From contig OZ237743.1 of the NCBI GenBank assembly GCA_965178125.1, positions 1,116,001 to 1,180,000 on the forward strand: a stretch of 64,000 nt of DNA, in the 5' to 3' direction. Below are positions 40,737-54,878 of this stretch, in pieces. The stretch is from Bilabrum cf. latius. Lineage: Eukaryota. Within the stretch, counting starts at the first letter, position 1; each line of letters begins with the position of its first letter. Below the pieces are notes generated by a model that ran no database searches, was not told where the DNA came from, and was given only the letters and a program-made list of their open reading frames with translations. Made by a program: the position numbers and the translations under genes.

Positions 40737-43700
40737 ATGCTAACCATTTCGACACAATTTGTCGGGATTTGCTTTATTGGCGTTGCAGTTGGCTCACAAA
40801 TCAATCGAGAAGCTGTGATACAAAGGAACAATCCCGTTATCTCGGATCCAGCTGATATCGGAGGCTCGGTTGGAGTCGGAAATGGCTTCTTTGCTGCGCA
40901 CATTGGCTGCACTGGAACCCAAGCGATGAACAACTCTCTGCATCGTTACTTTGGGGCCAACACGATGGCTGAGTGGGCCTTTCACGCAATTCCATTTCAA
41001 GGCAAGGGTATCCGCCCAATGCAGGCAACGAATGTCTGGGAGGTAAGGGGTGCCGGCAACAGATTCCGCATGGAGATAGCTATACGATCACGTGCTCTTT
41101 TCGTTGGTCGCGCAACACGTTCTGCTCTGCCCGCAGGCAGACAAGGACCACTTCGATGGTCGTACGATCCCGTCCTTCACCAATCAATCAACCCCCCCGC
41201 AACTCTGGCTATATGATAACCCCACGAGGTATGACCTTGGGCAATTCTCTGTCGCTGAGATGCAAATTGACCCAGATGGACAAAATGGTGGCATGCCGCC
41301 CCCGCGTGCCGTGGCAACCGCAACCACCCCGTTGCAGGCCAATCGGGTGTCCGGCTGCGACTCGAAGCTAGACCTGTTCCAGGGCGTCATGCAGGCGAGA
41401 TACAACGTATCGGCTGCATCACCTACTAGCCAAGTCTCCGGTTTCGAGGTGCAGGCGTGGACGGCGGCTCACCCTGCAGGCGACATTCTGTCGCACCGCA
41501 TGCAGGTGCAGGCTCAGGCTCAGGCTCAGGCTCTGGCTCAGGCCTAGTGGGGCACGACCACGACCAGCCTGCTGGTGCCTCGGCTAGCCTTCGCCTACCC
41601 CGCAGGATCGGACCATCCGCGCGACTGGAGTCCAGGGGCCGGCAAGGAGCACTCCACGGCAGTGGTGGCCAATCACACCACCGGTGGATTTGCGACCATC
41701 CTGCTGCACCGCACAATCGACAACTACACGTCATACCGCGTCAGATGCAACGCCACGTGGGGCCGGGACGCCGGTGGCGCAGGTGCTGGCAATGCCGATG
41801 GACAGTCTGCTTGCTCATCGTGGCGGTGGGTGCAGGACACTGCAGTGGACCACACGTTCCTACTGGCCCCATCCCCTCCCGGCTGCAGCCCTGAGCGTGG
41901 GTACGGCGTAGAGTACGCGTGCGCCTTTGCGCCGGTGGACAGGCTGACCGGGCGAGTTGACTACCTGACTTACCCCCCGCAGCTGCGAGACATCGATGTG
42001 GTCCAGGAGCGCAAGGCCTTCATGGCCAGCGTGATGGCAGCAGTCGAACAGGACGGTGCTGGTTCAAACTCTGCTGCTCACGGTGGGGTGCGAGGCAAGG
42101 GAGCAACAAATAACGGCAATCGTGGAGTGATCGGTGGTGTGCCCACCGCTCGGGAGGTGGAGGGGGCTGCCGCTGCTGCCTGGAAGAGCTTCTGGATGGG
42201 CGGTGCTGCGGTGGATCTGCAGCCGCAGCTGACGGCATGGGACTAGGACAGAGACGAGATGCAGAGCGAGGGGGAAACCATCCCAGGCAACACCGAGCGC
42301 AATCACCAGCATGAACACGAACACGAGCACGAGCACCGCGGATCGCACCTCACAGCGCCCCGTTCCAATGCAGTCGCCGCAGAGCTAGAGAGGAGGGTCG
42401 TGCTGTCGTAGTATGCAAGCCGCGCCCTGGAAACAGGTGCCTTTCCGCCATGCGAGTCGGGGCTGGTTCGAAACTCCGCGTGGCACGGCAAGTCTCACCT
42501 GGAGATGCGCTGGTTCCATCAGGGACATCTGCCCGCCTGGGGCCGCGCGCACCTGATCTAGGACAGGTCTGACCTGTGGTACCACGCCATCATGCGGAAC
42601 GCATCGTCGTACGCTAGGTACCAGGGGTACAACGGCTCATCGATTGAGCCCGCCGACCCACTGCCGCAGACTGCCACCCGCTGGCCCAAGCAGGTCGCCC
42701 TCATCGGGCCCACTGGGGACGAGAACGACCCGCTGAACGGGGTCTCCTGGGCGGGTGAGCCCATTCCACCGTGGGTCGACCGATCCACCAGCATCGTTGA
42801 GTTCACGGCACCCACGCACACCGGCCCGCGGCTCATCTGGCAGCAGCCGCACGTGTTTTGGTACGCGGAGCAGGAGCGAATCGCATGCGGCGGGAACCGA
42901 ACGTGCGAGCAGCAGGTGTGCGACGAGTGGAAGGAACCCCTCCTGCAGACGGCTTCCTTTCTGGTGCAGCTGCTCGTAGAGAGGGACGGTGTCCTGCACC
43001 TGGACCCCCCTCTCATCGGAGGAGAAGAGCAGGTGAGCTCTGAGCTGCGCCGCCGTGGTGTTTGGCTATCGGATCAACTGACGCATGGTTCGCTCTTGAA
43101 TGACCGTGCAGTGCTTGCTCAATGCGTGGATGGCAAAGGCAGGCCCAGCGGGATGTAGTACCGACGTCATCCCGTGCCCATGCTCTCTTTTCATGCCCTC
43201 TTGCCATACCCACGCCCTCGCTCATCCTGTATCCTGATCTCCAATTCCCCGATTTGCCGCAGTACAACAACTACTCTCTCACATTCGACCCCACCTTTGA
43301 GCTGGCCTACACGCGCTGGGCACTGGCACTGACGCAGTCCTGGATGCAGACCAGGTGGGGCTTGGGACCCTCGGCTGCGATCGCTGGGGCGCTGCAGTCG
43401 CTCGCTCCGCTCCCCTGGTCTCCCCTCGGGCGGTCTGCGGCGGACGTGCAGCGGGCTCTGGACGAATGGATGACGGCTGCGGCGCCCACGGCGGCTAGGG
43501 GCGTGGCGGAGCAGCTCCTCCACTCGTCACACCCGTACACGTCGACGATCCCCGTGTACCGGTTCAACGCTGCGTGCAACTGCACCTTTCAAGCCTCAGC
43601 CGGGCCACTGGACTCTTGCCCACCGTCCTCGTCACACCCCATGTTTGTGGGTGCCTACGGAATCGTGGAGGGGCAGGTGGGCCCGTTGGGCGCTGCTGGG

Positions 43701-44123
43701 GCTGTGCTGGACATGGATGTCATGAACGCGACGGTGGCGGCGACCGCGGCGCTGTGGGACTGGAACTGCACACGGGCCAACGTGTGGGGCTGGGACGCCG
43801 CCTGGCTCGCAAACGCGATGGCGAGGCTGGGCTGGGACCCGGTTGCAACCGCAGAAGTAGTGATGCTCCCGGCGAGACACAACGGGTTTGCGGAATACAA
43901 CGGGTACAACACGGGCGGCCACGGGGCTCTGGCGGCCTACCTGCCCGGGAACGGCGGACTGCTGCACTCGATTGCGCTGATGGCCAGTGGGAGTGGTGGA
44001 TTGCCCTGGGGCGGGGTGAGCGAGGGATTTCCTGGGTACGTGGGACGAGCGGAGGGGGATGGGGATGGGGATGGGGACAGCGAGATGGCTGCCTCCTGGG
44101 TGGGGGCGGGTGCTGCGCGGTGA
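40737..44123 (+). CDS. Secreted six-hairpin glycosidase (family often labelled GH65-like in bacteria and fungi); exons 40737-41042, 41137-43032, 43263-44123; 4 in-frame TAG codons
   Basis: Signal peptide; INREAVIQRNNP, VGNG, NPTRYDLG, ELERRVVLS[TAG]Y (family consensus VLSQY), WHGKSHLEM, LIWQQPH, DPTFELAY, WGWD, YLPGNGGLL. The 3' end could include a further exon. Confidence 0.85.
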
Positions 44124-44326
44124 TGTGCAGCCCGGGGGCCACTCGTCTGGCAAGGAAACATGGTTCTCATTGTTGCACTCGTTGTCTGAAGCCTCTCGAT
44201 CACCCCGCAGTGCCGTGCAGAACGTCGTGCGTGTGCAGTGCGCGGCGGGCATGTATGGTCCCCAAATCTCGTCACACACACCGAGTTGGCTGTTCGGGAT
44301 CTTTGCACTTTTCGCACGCATCCAGC

Positions 44327-45871
44327 ATGCGTCAAACTACACCACGGGCATTCTTTATCCTTGCGTCGCTAGTTTATGCTGTATACTCGTAGACAGTGTG
44401 CAACATAGAACAATTCGGCGCTAAACCTGCCCCTTACAACTCGACTGCATCCATTGCGAAAGCCATTGGTTCCTGCTGCGCGAGCCAGACCTCCGGAGCC
44501 ACAATCCTTGTTCCAAGCAATGTTTACCTGAGCGGTCCATAGCAGATCTAGAGATGCCCAGGTATCACGCTACAGCTGGACGGGCAGATCCAGGCACCGG
44601 AAGCTATCGGTGATTGGCCTTCTATTGACATCAAGCAGTTCCTCCTCATCGATGATTCTCCGGGAGCGACGATCCGTGGCAGCGGCTCCATCAACGGAAG
44701 CGGTTTTGCGTGGTGGTAGATCCGCCGCAAGACGCCCTCGCACCCCGCGCCGTACCTGGTGCTCGTCGAGCACAGCGACGGCGCGTCTGTGCGGGATGTG
44801 CGCTTCATCGACAGCCCAAAGTTCCACCTTGTGGTTGAAAAGAGCAGCAACATCACAATCGACGGCATCTCCGTGTCTGCGCCCTTCGACTCCCCGAACA
44901 CGGATGCCATCGACCTGGGCGAGGTGACCGGCGCTGTGGTGCAGAACGCCGTTATCGCCAACGGAGACGACGGAGTGGCCATCAAGGCGTTCACTACGAA
45001 CGTGCTGGTGCAGAACTGTACGTTCTACGGGGGCCACGGCACCAGCATCGGTTCCCTCGGAGAGACATCTGACGGAGACCACGTCAGCGACATCACCTTC
45101 CGCAACCTGACCTTCCACCAGTCCTGGATCGGCACCAGGATCAAGACGTGGCAGGGGCGCACGGGGTACGTCACCAACATCACGTTCCAAGACGTGGTGA
45201 TGCACGACGTCCAGGTGTCCATCCGGATCAACCAGTACTACTGCCCGCACTCGCAGCACCCGGGCCAGTGCAAGAACTCCACCACGAAGGGACTCAACGT
45301 GACGGGCGTGCTGTTCAAGGGGCTCTCTGGGACGCAGACGTCGGGGCACGCCGGGGAGCTGTTGTGCTCGGACCCGGCCCCCTGCCACGGCATCACTCTC
45401 GAGGACGTGCACATCGAACCGGTGAGAGAGGGATAGGCCAGGTGCTGGCTTTGAATTTTTATTTCTCTTCTTAATTCCAGCGGCAGCGGCCCAGCGGCCC
45501 AGTGGCGCATACCAACACGTGAGGCAGGGAGCGTGGTGTGCCTCATGTGTTGGTATGCGCCACTGGGCCGCTGCCTAAACTGCCTGTGCAGCACTCAACG
45601 CTGCCAGTGGTGCTTGGGGTAGCAACCGCAGCGTATCTCCACACTGTTGCGCGTCCAAGATTCCTTCCCTTCTCCTACATCGCAGTCCAAGTCAGGTGGT
45701 GAGAATGAGTTTGAGTGCTGGGAGGTACACGGCGAGGAGTCTGATGTGTTCCCTGACGCTTCCGGTTGCATGTGGGAGGGCGCTACCACGGCCGAGCAAA
45801 GGGAAAGAGGGAGGGAGGGGCCCCGCTGGCAGGAGTTCGACTTGGAGTCTGTGGATCAAGGATCCGATTGA
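44327..45871 (+). CDS. Secreted GH28 polygalacturonase; exons 44327-45421 and 45686-45871; 4 in-frame TAG codons, all in the 5' part
   Basis: Signal peptide MRQTTPRAFFILASLVYAVYS then [TAG]TVCNIEQFGA. All four GH28 motifs NTD, GDD, GHG, RIKT are present. The last exon supplies FECWEVHG...VFP; ends TGA. Confidence 0.95.
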
Positions 45872-46433
45872 AGAGGGTCCGTCGGGGCACGTCGGGGCAT
45901 GATGTACCTCTTTTTCAACGTTGATGGGGTGTTGAGTCACACCATTGGCTCACCGTGGCACTGCTGATGGGGGGCACTAGTTCCGGTTTACTGGGTTGAG
46001 TTTGCCAATCAGTGACAAGGTGTGCGTTACCTTAGTGACAGTCCTCAGATGATCTCTGGCGTGCAAAAACTCTGCAGGCGGCCCGACAGTGGGGAGATGA
46101 CGAGTGTGTAAAGATAGGCCTACTACAGAACGCGCTAGGCAGAAGTGAACCACGTTCGGAGCGCTTGAAACCGCGTGGCAGCGCAAAACACGACTTTGTG
46201 TGTACCAAAGTTTTGATTACAATCATCATGACACTAACACTATAGACACATCATCTGGATGGCATAAGTAGATCTTGTTGGCCCCATTTAGATCAACAAA
46301 GATATGCCGGCACGAACGGCAGTGGCGAGTCGCCTCTGCCGACTCTTAGGGGTACCGCCCATGGCCTGCCCGCATGGCCATTACCCTTGATCCGCAAAAC
46401 CGAATAAATCCAGGTACAGACAGTAGTGCAGAT

Positions 46434-49400
46434 TCAGTACCCGCCACCAGAAGCAGCACCCCCATGGCCAGCAGTAGATCGGTTAGCACCCTCGCCAGCG
46501 GCGGGACCACCAGCCCTGCCGATACCACTGCCAGCACCGCCGGCCTGCCGCGGCAATGCGGGTGGTACCACACCCACGGCTGCAGGCGGACCACGCTGCC
46601 CTAGCAGGTCGCACGGCTACAGTGGGGGTAGCGAATTGAATTCCAGAATTTGCGACGCATATGCCCTCTGAGTTTGCAACATGTCAAGAGTGAGCCGGTG
46701 CCAGGCCAGTCCTGAGCAAACGTGCAAGCTCACCGCCTCTGGACGCATGCCCAGTCCCCAAGGAAATCCGCACTGGGTGCAGAAGTTTGCGTCGCAGTCT
46801 TTGCACGTCGCGCAGCGGGCAAAAGCATGCATTGCAACGATCCTGGCACAGTCAGGGTTGGCGCAGACGACACATCTGCCGCTCTGTAGTATCCCTGAGC
46901 TGTCCACACTGTCAGCGAGAGACTTCAGCTGGCTGCGCAGCTTTAGCGGTGAGCACGACTAGGTGTGAAGCTTATCTTTACACCGCAGGCACCAGGGCTC
47001 CTGGTCGCATTCTGTTCTCATGCATCGCCCCTCCGTCGGGAGCAGCTGCCCATGGCCAGTGCCGCACTGCGCCAGGGGCGGAAGCACGGTGATGCGGCCG
47101 CACTGTTCACTGGGACACCGCACCACGCGCTGCAGGTGTGGCTTTAAAGACATTTGCCTCTGACTAGCTACAAATTGTTGCGAAAGCCCAGGCAAGTCTC
47201 TAGACCCAAGGTCCCACACCAACCCGGCTGGGAGATGCAGAGTGCCCTGCCCACTGTGCCTCAACAGCGTGTCATACACGAGATTGACAAGTCGCTCCTG
47301 CCCCATGCAGCCACGAAGCACATCGAGAGGAACTAGCGAATTGCCAAGAATTGGCACCGGGATGGCGACGCAAGCGTCTGTTTCAACATTCCTGGCTCTA
47401 GCTCGGAGCCACGAGGAGATGCATGTCATCCGGCTGGGCTAGGGCATGCTGCTGTCGCTTCTCCTCAGTGAGCCGATCGGTTCCGGCCCGTCTGGCTCCA
47501 CGAGCGATACAACCGGTAGATCGCTGTTGGCCAGAACTAGCAGGTCCCGTCTCAAAGCTGGCACATGTTCCCCCGATAGCTCGCACTGCACCATGCCGTG
47601 CCCCTCATCCGGTTCAGACTCGCGGTCATGCCCGCCACCGTTTGCTTTCGACTCGGCCATGGCCTTGAGCACCTCCTGCATCCTAGCCTTGGCATCAGCG
47701 CAGGTGTCCGGATCTAAGCCAAGGAATGCAAGGGTAAGATGTGGGCGATACCGAATATCCACTGCTAGGGACTTGCGTGGATCAGCTGGCAGCGGTTTGG
47801 GAGAAGAAGCAACACCATCGTCATCGTCATCGTCATTGTCATCGTCATCGTCGCCGTCGTCGTCACCAAAGGCATCATCTCTAACCTGGAAATCCATCTC
47901 AGATTCCGTCGGATCTGCTCCGCTGGCAGAGCCACTGCCGCTACTCGGCGGCGGGCTGGCATCTGCTGTTCTAGACGGATACACCAGATCAATGATCTGC
48001 TGCGGCTTCAGCCGGCACACTCTTTCGAGGCAGCTGCGCGCCGTCCAGCTCTCAAAGTCAGTGGCAGAGATCGTTTGTTGGTGCGGCGGGTCGTGCCGTC
48101 GCAGAAAATCAACCAGATCCTACACAAGCTTGTCCACTTTGCTGCTGTCTCCCACAACTCTCACATGGGTCGTGGGATCGTCGGTCAGCACGGATGCACC
48201 GCTGGCCTGGTCCGTGTGGGATCGGGCCGCTCGTGGAAACAAGATACCAAGTCCATGCGTGCTCGCGTACTACAGCAGTTCTTTCCGAATGAATGGCGAG
48301 AGCAGTTTTGCGCGGGCCAGGCCAGGCGTCAGGCTCGTGTCCCCGCGCGACACAAGGCTAGCCAAGTTGGCGCCTCCGAGGCACTAACGAACCAGTTTGG
48401 CGATTCGATTGCACTTCACAGCGTCGCCAGTGTGAATTGGGTAGCGCAGCGAATCGTGGTACCCGTTATCAGGCAGCTTGCAATGGAAGTAGTGCCATAC
48501 TTGTCCGTTAGAACCGTTCCTCTGCAAGGCTTCAGCAAGTCGGTCCGAATAAAGGAGAAATGGAAAACTTTCTCCGCTCAACATGCTCCGAAAGGCCTTT
48601 CTCTCCTGCTTCGGCACTTCAAACGTCTGCGTGTGTCGTACGTGCACGCCAACGCCAGATCCCGCTAGCTTGGTGCAAAATGTGAGGTCCTAGGCTAAGA
48701 GAGAGTCGCGAAGGCGATCTGCCATCTCGGGGGAAGGAGCTTCGATGCACATGGTGACTACCCCGGTGTCTGCGTGGGGAGGTGTCCACGATATGCCAGC
48801 GCACGTGCCCCACTAGCCTTCCACGTGGTGCGCAAGTTGCTTCGTGTCCTCTGCTACTAACCTTGCCGCGTCATGATCTTCGCGCCATGCCTTTCTTGCA
48901 GGAGGCACCAGTGGCTCCGCTGTTTTGGCAGGGCGAGATGGTTGTGGCTCGGTCGCTTTTGAAGATCTCAGAGCCGAATTCCTCCACTTTCCTGGATGAG
49001 ATGGCTTTTTGGTTGGTTTCGGGGATCTCCGATACATAGCTATACTCCGTTCGATGAAATGCCGAACCGTGCCTTCACTGATCACATCGAGCTGCTTCCT
49101 GGGGTCTGGTATGTGTGTTACGACGATCGCATTGGCGATGTTCCCGTGCCTCCGTACCATGTACTTACCGTACTCCTTCGCAGCCCAAATGCTAATTGTA
49201 AACGGTGTCTCGTGACTCTGAATGTACTCTGCCAAGTCCCAATCATCCGAATCGTGACAGAGCACTTCGAATTCAAATCTATTTGGAGAGCTCGAGCCTG
49301 ACCCACCCGCGCTGCTGCCTTGAAGAGATAGTAGGGTAGCTGGATACGGAGTTCCGATGTACCCCCTTAGGTGGATTCCTGGACTCCCCAAAATAATGCA

Positions 49401-52400
49401 ACTGACAAGGTGCTCGATTGCGTCGCCCGGTGGTAGCAGCTAGCGGAGCACTTGCTCAATCGCGAGCTTCATCTCGTCAGGGTGCATGTTGCGAGGGAAC
49501 CCGGAAACTTGGAGGCCATTCCAAAACCTAACGAATACCAACCGCTCGCTGATTCCTTCCACGTTGTGCCCTTCCTTTCTTGTTAGCTCCCGCATGATTG
49601 GGTAGCACGAGATTGCAGGAAAACATGCGCACTATCCGTCGTGCTCCTTGCCAAGCCACGAGACGACCACCTCGGATCGAATGCCTGCAGCTGGCCCTTC
49701 ATCGCTGTCACTCCCAGCCAAATGAACCAGCTGGGACTGAAGATCATTGCCTGGAAGCAGGGCATCACTCCGTTCTGTAACGTACTCGTGGAATGCCCGC
49801 GCTCCCTCCGCACTGGTGGCGGTGAACACTGCCCTGCAAGTGGGCTGAAATGGGCTGTCCAGCTCGCGGTAGCACGGCACAGTAGCCGCCATGGTACGAT
49901 CAGCCGCTGCCAGCTCTGAGGATACTCCCGGGTGTGAGGAACCCACGTGAAGTTGGAAGGCATTCAGGAGCTGCATCCATGGCACCGGCGCCGGCCTGGC
50001 CTGCTGTACGCTACCGGCTACAGGGCCAGCGGCCCTGGGGGCATCCCCTCCTTCCAATTCAGCAGGAATACTGGCATCTACTTGTTTCAATGCAGCGGTT
50101 GCTGCTGTCACAATTACCTGCAGGCAGCTTGAGGTAGGTCGATCAACCGCTGCTTCTGCTGCTACGGGACTAGCCCGTTCAGCTGGATCCGGCAGACTGC
50201 GAGGCACCAGCTGCAGAGGCCTCGCCCCTGACCCGACCAGCACCAGAGCAACAGACCGCATGCGAGAGCGAACAGGCAGCTCAACGACGTCAATGGCCTG
50301 CTGGACCATATTGAAGTGACTCTGAACAATTGCCGTCAGCGTGGAGACAGCAGTGAGGCGACAGACCTCAGGCACCCAGATCCGAAGCGTGCCCAGTGGC
50401 ACCACGTCCTAGCTGCTGCAGTTCCACGGCGTTTGCACGATCATCTTGTGCATTTCGCCCTCGATCTATGAATGCTTGGTCAATCTTGCAGTCTCTGAGT
50501 AGTCTTGACCCAACAGGCTCTGGTAAGTGGCTGTATCGAGTCCAGTCACCTGCACCTGGATCATTGAGACCCCCGGCGGGATCGAATCCTCTGGCATTGA
50601 CCGGATTCTTGCCAAGTCCGCCTTGCTGACGACAGTGGCATTGCACAGCATGTAGCCGCTGTTGTCTTGCACAGACTCGAACACCACCAGGTCGGGTCTG
50701 GCTGCGTCCTCCTTCAGAGCAACACACGACTTGGGGTGGATCTAGGCCATCCCGATCCACTTGCCGGCCCGTGTGAGGCTGTAGCCCGCACTGGCCTCGT
50801 TATTCGCGGCGGCAAGGTTCTCTGCCAGCGCCCATCCGATGAAACAGGCAACGGCGCGCTCCAGGTCATAGCCAGTCTTCGCTTCAAACGCAAACCCTAG
50901 GTTGAACGAGAACCCTGGCACTGCTGTGGCGCTCACTGCGTCCCGTACAGCATCCGGGATGTGGCTGGACTCTGCATCGCCAGCTCCACCCGCAGCCACA
51001 TCACTGTGTTCCACATTGGGCGTGAATGTTGGTGAAGATGCAGGCGTCAGACTTGCCAAACAAGCATCGAAGCGAGCTATTTCCGCAGCGCCCATGGCTC
51101 GCAGACTGACAGCGTCATTGCCGGCCCACTCCAGACCGTGCTCTGCTAGGCGAAGCACGGTGTTCTCGCAAACAGTCCTAGTCTGACTAAAGAGCCTGTG
51201 TATATCCGAGGCATGCTCATTCCCGAATACAGTGCTGAGCAGCAGACGCTGCCGCTCCATGCCAGCAGCCTCGTCCAGGCCCACCCGCTGCCACGCCACA
51301 AACACTCGCAGCAGGGTCACGAGATCTCCGCGGCTGGATGCAAGCACGGCCATGCACGGCCTCCGAATGTATTGGATGTGTCGACCTGCACCTTGCCGAA
51401 GAAGAGCCACCAGCCACAGGACTGGGCCACTCGCCACGCCCAGCTCGTCGTCGGTCTGCATCGCCTTCGCTGCCAAAGCGCCTACCCACGGCTCGACGTC
51501 CAGCATCCGGACCACGCGGCCATTGGCTGTGATCTTGCCCACCAGCGGCGCGACTTCGCCTCCAGTCATCGTGCGCCTCAGAGATTCACCCTATTCATTG
51601 TCATCCTCAGCCAGACCGAGGGCTTTCAGCGTGGTCACGGCGGCTCGCATGTCGTCTCCACGCGGCCGATCCACCCATTGGAACTGGTTCAGCGAGATGT
51701 TGGCCGCCATCACGTCAAGCGCCATGCGAGCCATGTTGCACCGCATCACTCCGGGAGGTCGCTGGGCCTGCATCACGTTGAATGTGTCCGTTGAGTAGAG
51801 CCGGATGCACTTGCCCGGGCAGGTCCTCCCGGTCCTGCCCTCCCGCTGGATGGCAGCTGCCTGGGAGATGCGCTCGAGGCGGCGCTGCGAGATGCGCAGG
51901 TCAGGATCATAGGCGTCTTGCCAGTCGTACCCGCAATCAATCACGCATGCGAGTCGCTGAATGGTCACACTGGACTCTGCATCTCGTGTTGAGAAGTAGA
52001 CAGCAAGTCCGTTGAGCTGGCCCCGCATGACAAGGTCATTGAGATCAGCGAGATCTTCGGCTTGAATGAGCTCCTTGCTTTCCACGCCACTTCTTTGTCC
52101 GTGCTGCTGCTCTATCATTGCATCGAACAGCCGCCGAGTACGACCCACTTCTGCCGTTCCCGGCAGGAACACCAGCACGCACGAGTGCTTCTTGGCGCGC
52201 AGTAGCCCACTGGCCTCCCTGAAAGCCACGAGGGCTGCTGCATGCACCAGCCTCGTAGACAAGTCGCTGCTGTCTGGCCGCAGCCGGTGCTTCAACGAAT
52301 TCAGAGCGCGCGGCTTCGCCCTCCAGCCCAGAATGGAGAACTGCTGCGAGCCTGCTTTGCACTCGGTTGAGAACGCCCGCACCAGTCGCGTGACAGAATT

Positions 52401-54832
52401 CAGGCTCTCGTACTGCGTGGTTGTCGCGAAACTACGACCGTTCACAGAGATAGTCAGGTCGCTTCCAAAGAAGCTCTGCAATTTGTCCGTATCTAGCGTG
52501 GCTGATGCCACCAACACGGCAGGCCTGTAGCGCATTGCCGCATCAGCCGCACCAGCGGCCGTGGCAGCGGCCTCGTCTACTGGCCGGACTTTCAGGGCCT
52601 CCTTGAGCATGCCCAGGAGTGCATCGCACTGCACTCCCCGCTCGTGCACCTCATCCACCATGATCAAGCCGAAGTCAGACATAGGCGGCAGGTCCCCATC
52701 GACGCCACCCTCCTCTCCTCCGCTGGCTAGCAGCTTGCCTGCCATGTGCAGGGCAGTGCCCTCCGTGGTAAACACGATGACGGTCTCCTCAGACACGCTG
52801 ACTGTAGTCTGACCCTTGCTCTCCAGCACCAGCCCCACCCTGCCACCGACCTTGCCCTCGCCCATCTCCCTTGCCACACGGTCTGCGAGCATGCGGGCGG
52901 CACTGGCGCTCGGCTCCGTGACCAGCATGCGATTGCCCCTGTGCCTCGACACGATGCCGTACTGCTGCAGGATCTGGGGGATCTGGGTGGACTTGCCACT
53001 GCCGGTGCGGCCCGTGACCATGGCCACTGGATTGATCTATCCACCGCTCGTCCTTGCGCACATGATCTTGGAGCACGCATCAACGACCTCAGCCTCCTGG
53101 TCGAAGATGCGGAGGCTTCGCACGAAAGACCGAATCCTCTCCTGCAGTCGTCGCACGAGAGCTGCGACCAGGTGTACCCGCGCGTCTCGCGTGGGCACAG
53201 GAGGAGATACTCCGGCCCTGAGTGCCGTTTGCCTCGCCCTGATTTGCTTCTCGGAGAGCCCGACCGGCACACGCGCCACGTAATCCCAGGCAATGGCAGC
53301 ATCGTGGACGTCAGCAACCATCCGCTCGAACAACAAGATGGAACGGTACTTGGACTCATCCAGGAGCGCATCGACGTTGCGCCGCATCTGGTCGGCGAAC
53401 ATAACTGCGTCGCTGGACAGATCCTCGCCGTTTGCAGACACTTCCAGCGCGCATCTTGCCTCTTGGGACTGCCTCTAAATTCGGCCCAGAACGTTGGTCT
53501 TGGCTGCGTCGATCTCTCTGGAGACCATCTGATTGACCAGCTCGACCGATCGCAAAGCCAATACGGCGCGCGACCCACCAATAGCGCTCTATGCGCCCTG
53601 TCCGTCAGCCTCAAGTGCTAGTTCATCAGCGCCTGCACCTGACGCTGGTGATCTAAACACGCGGGCACTAGCAGGCGACTCTACTGCGTCAGCATCGGGC
53701 TCCTCCCTTTCGCAGTCGCAGGCCCAAGCACCATCCACGTCCCCGCCCTCGTCAGCTGCAAGGATCTCAGCACGGATCGAGTCGATCTTCGATTCCATCA
53801 ATTCCAAGATTCGTTCGTATTGTTCAGCGTCTGCTGGCTTCTGGTCAGCCGAACGAGCCGCGTCCTCACACCAGGCAGAGACGCCAATCTCGCCGTAGCC
53901 AATAGCGCTGCCCTTAACTTGCCTGTCCCGACTAGCGACCGCTGCGGCCAAAAACTCAGACACATCACAAGTCGGAAGCAGCAGTGATTCCTTCAGACCG
54001 TTGCGTTCAGCCAGCGATAGATATCGGCTTCCCAAGCTGCCACGCGTAAGGTGAGCAAGCTCGATGTTGTGAGGAGGGGCGAGGTTCGGCTCTCCGATCA
54101 GTCGAATTTCCAGCCTACGGCCAAACTCATGAGTCCGCTTGATCATATCGAACCGATGATGGATAGAGTTCTTGTTGGCCACGACTTCGACGTACAGACC
54201 GCGGTGTAGAGCGTCCTCGACCACATTCGGAAAGGTTTGCTTGGTGTCTCGCAGGTATCCGTGTCTATTTCCATCGCCTGCGCGGTGAATATGCCTCATC
54301 ATAGTCCAAACGTATGGGATGATCACGAAGGATGCATTCTAATCGTGAAAATACCAGCGCTCTTACCTGTGCAAAGGATGAGAGTGTATCGAGTCATGGA
54401 CCTCGGATCTCGAGCTTTTCCTTGCTACACTTGCTCTCGTGCATGTGATATAGCTTGCTCTAGCATTCCACTCATTTTCTCGGCTTTAGTTCTTGCGTCG
54501 GCATCGACTCGGACCTCGTGCCTCGTAGATTGCCTGGTCTCGACCTCAACAGAAGGACAACAGGGTAGTTGCTCCAATTGGCGTTTCAGAATCGCTGCCC
54601 TTTCATCATTGGATTCTGAGCACTAAAAATGAAAGCACTTGCCGCCATCGCTTTCGAATATCTCTCTCCCACGGAGGACTTCGTCGACGAAGCGGCTGGG
54701 ATCCAACTGATAGCCTGCTTGTTGCACACCAATCGAGATGTTGGACCAATCCACGACCACTGCGACCCTCTACTTGGTCACATCATCATAATCTCCTACA
54801 GAAATTTGTCTTCCGAGCTTGCTGAACGACAT
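46434..54832 (-). CDS. NYN(PIN-like) nuclease - DEAH/RHA RNA helicase - RBR-type Cys-rich (IBR/RING) fusion protein (~2770 aa); 2 exons (54832-54367, 54277-46434); 20 in-frame TAG codons
   Basis: NYN: VAVVVDWSNISIG, TLILCTGDGN (across the intron), ALHRGLYVEVVA. Helicase: GRTGSGKST, DEVH, SAT, FLPG, QREGRTGR, [TAG]IHPKS. C-terminus: RCPSEQC...C..WCLRCKDKLH..SC and CANPDC...CATCKDCDANFCTQC. Eleven track ORFs share one frame; ends TGA. Confidence 0.88.
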
Positions 54833-54878
54833 ACTCGGACTACGTAATGAGTCTCTTGCCACGAGAAAGGTGGCAAAT

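Noticed and set aside
45422-45454. GH28 ending at TAG 45434 or TGA 45452
   Set aside because: A GTGAGA donor at 45422 and acceptor at 45685 add a typical GH28 C-terminal Cys segment.
46225-46345. Minus-strand HCRSCRHIF...YLCH segment as an extra RING domain of the helicase
   Set aside because: It lies beyond the in-frame TGA at 46436-46434 and I found no convincing splice to reach it. cDNA would settle it.
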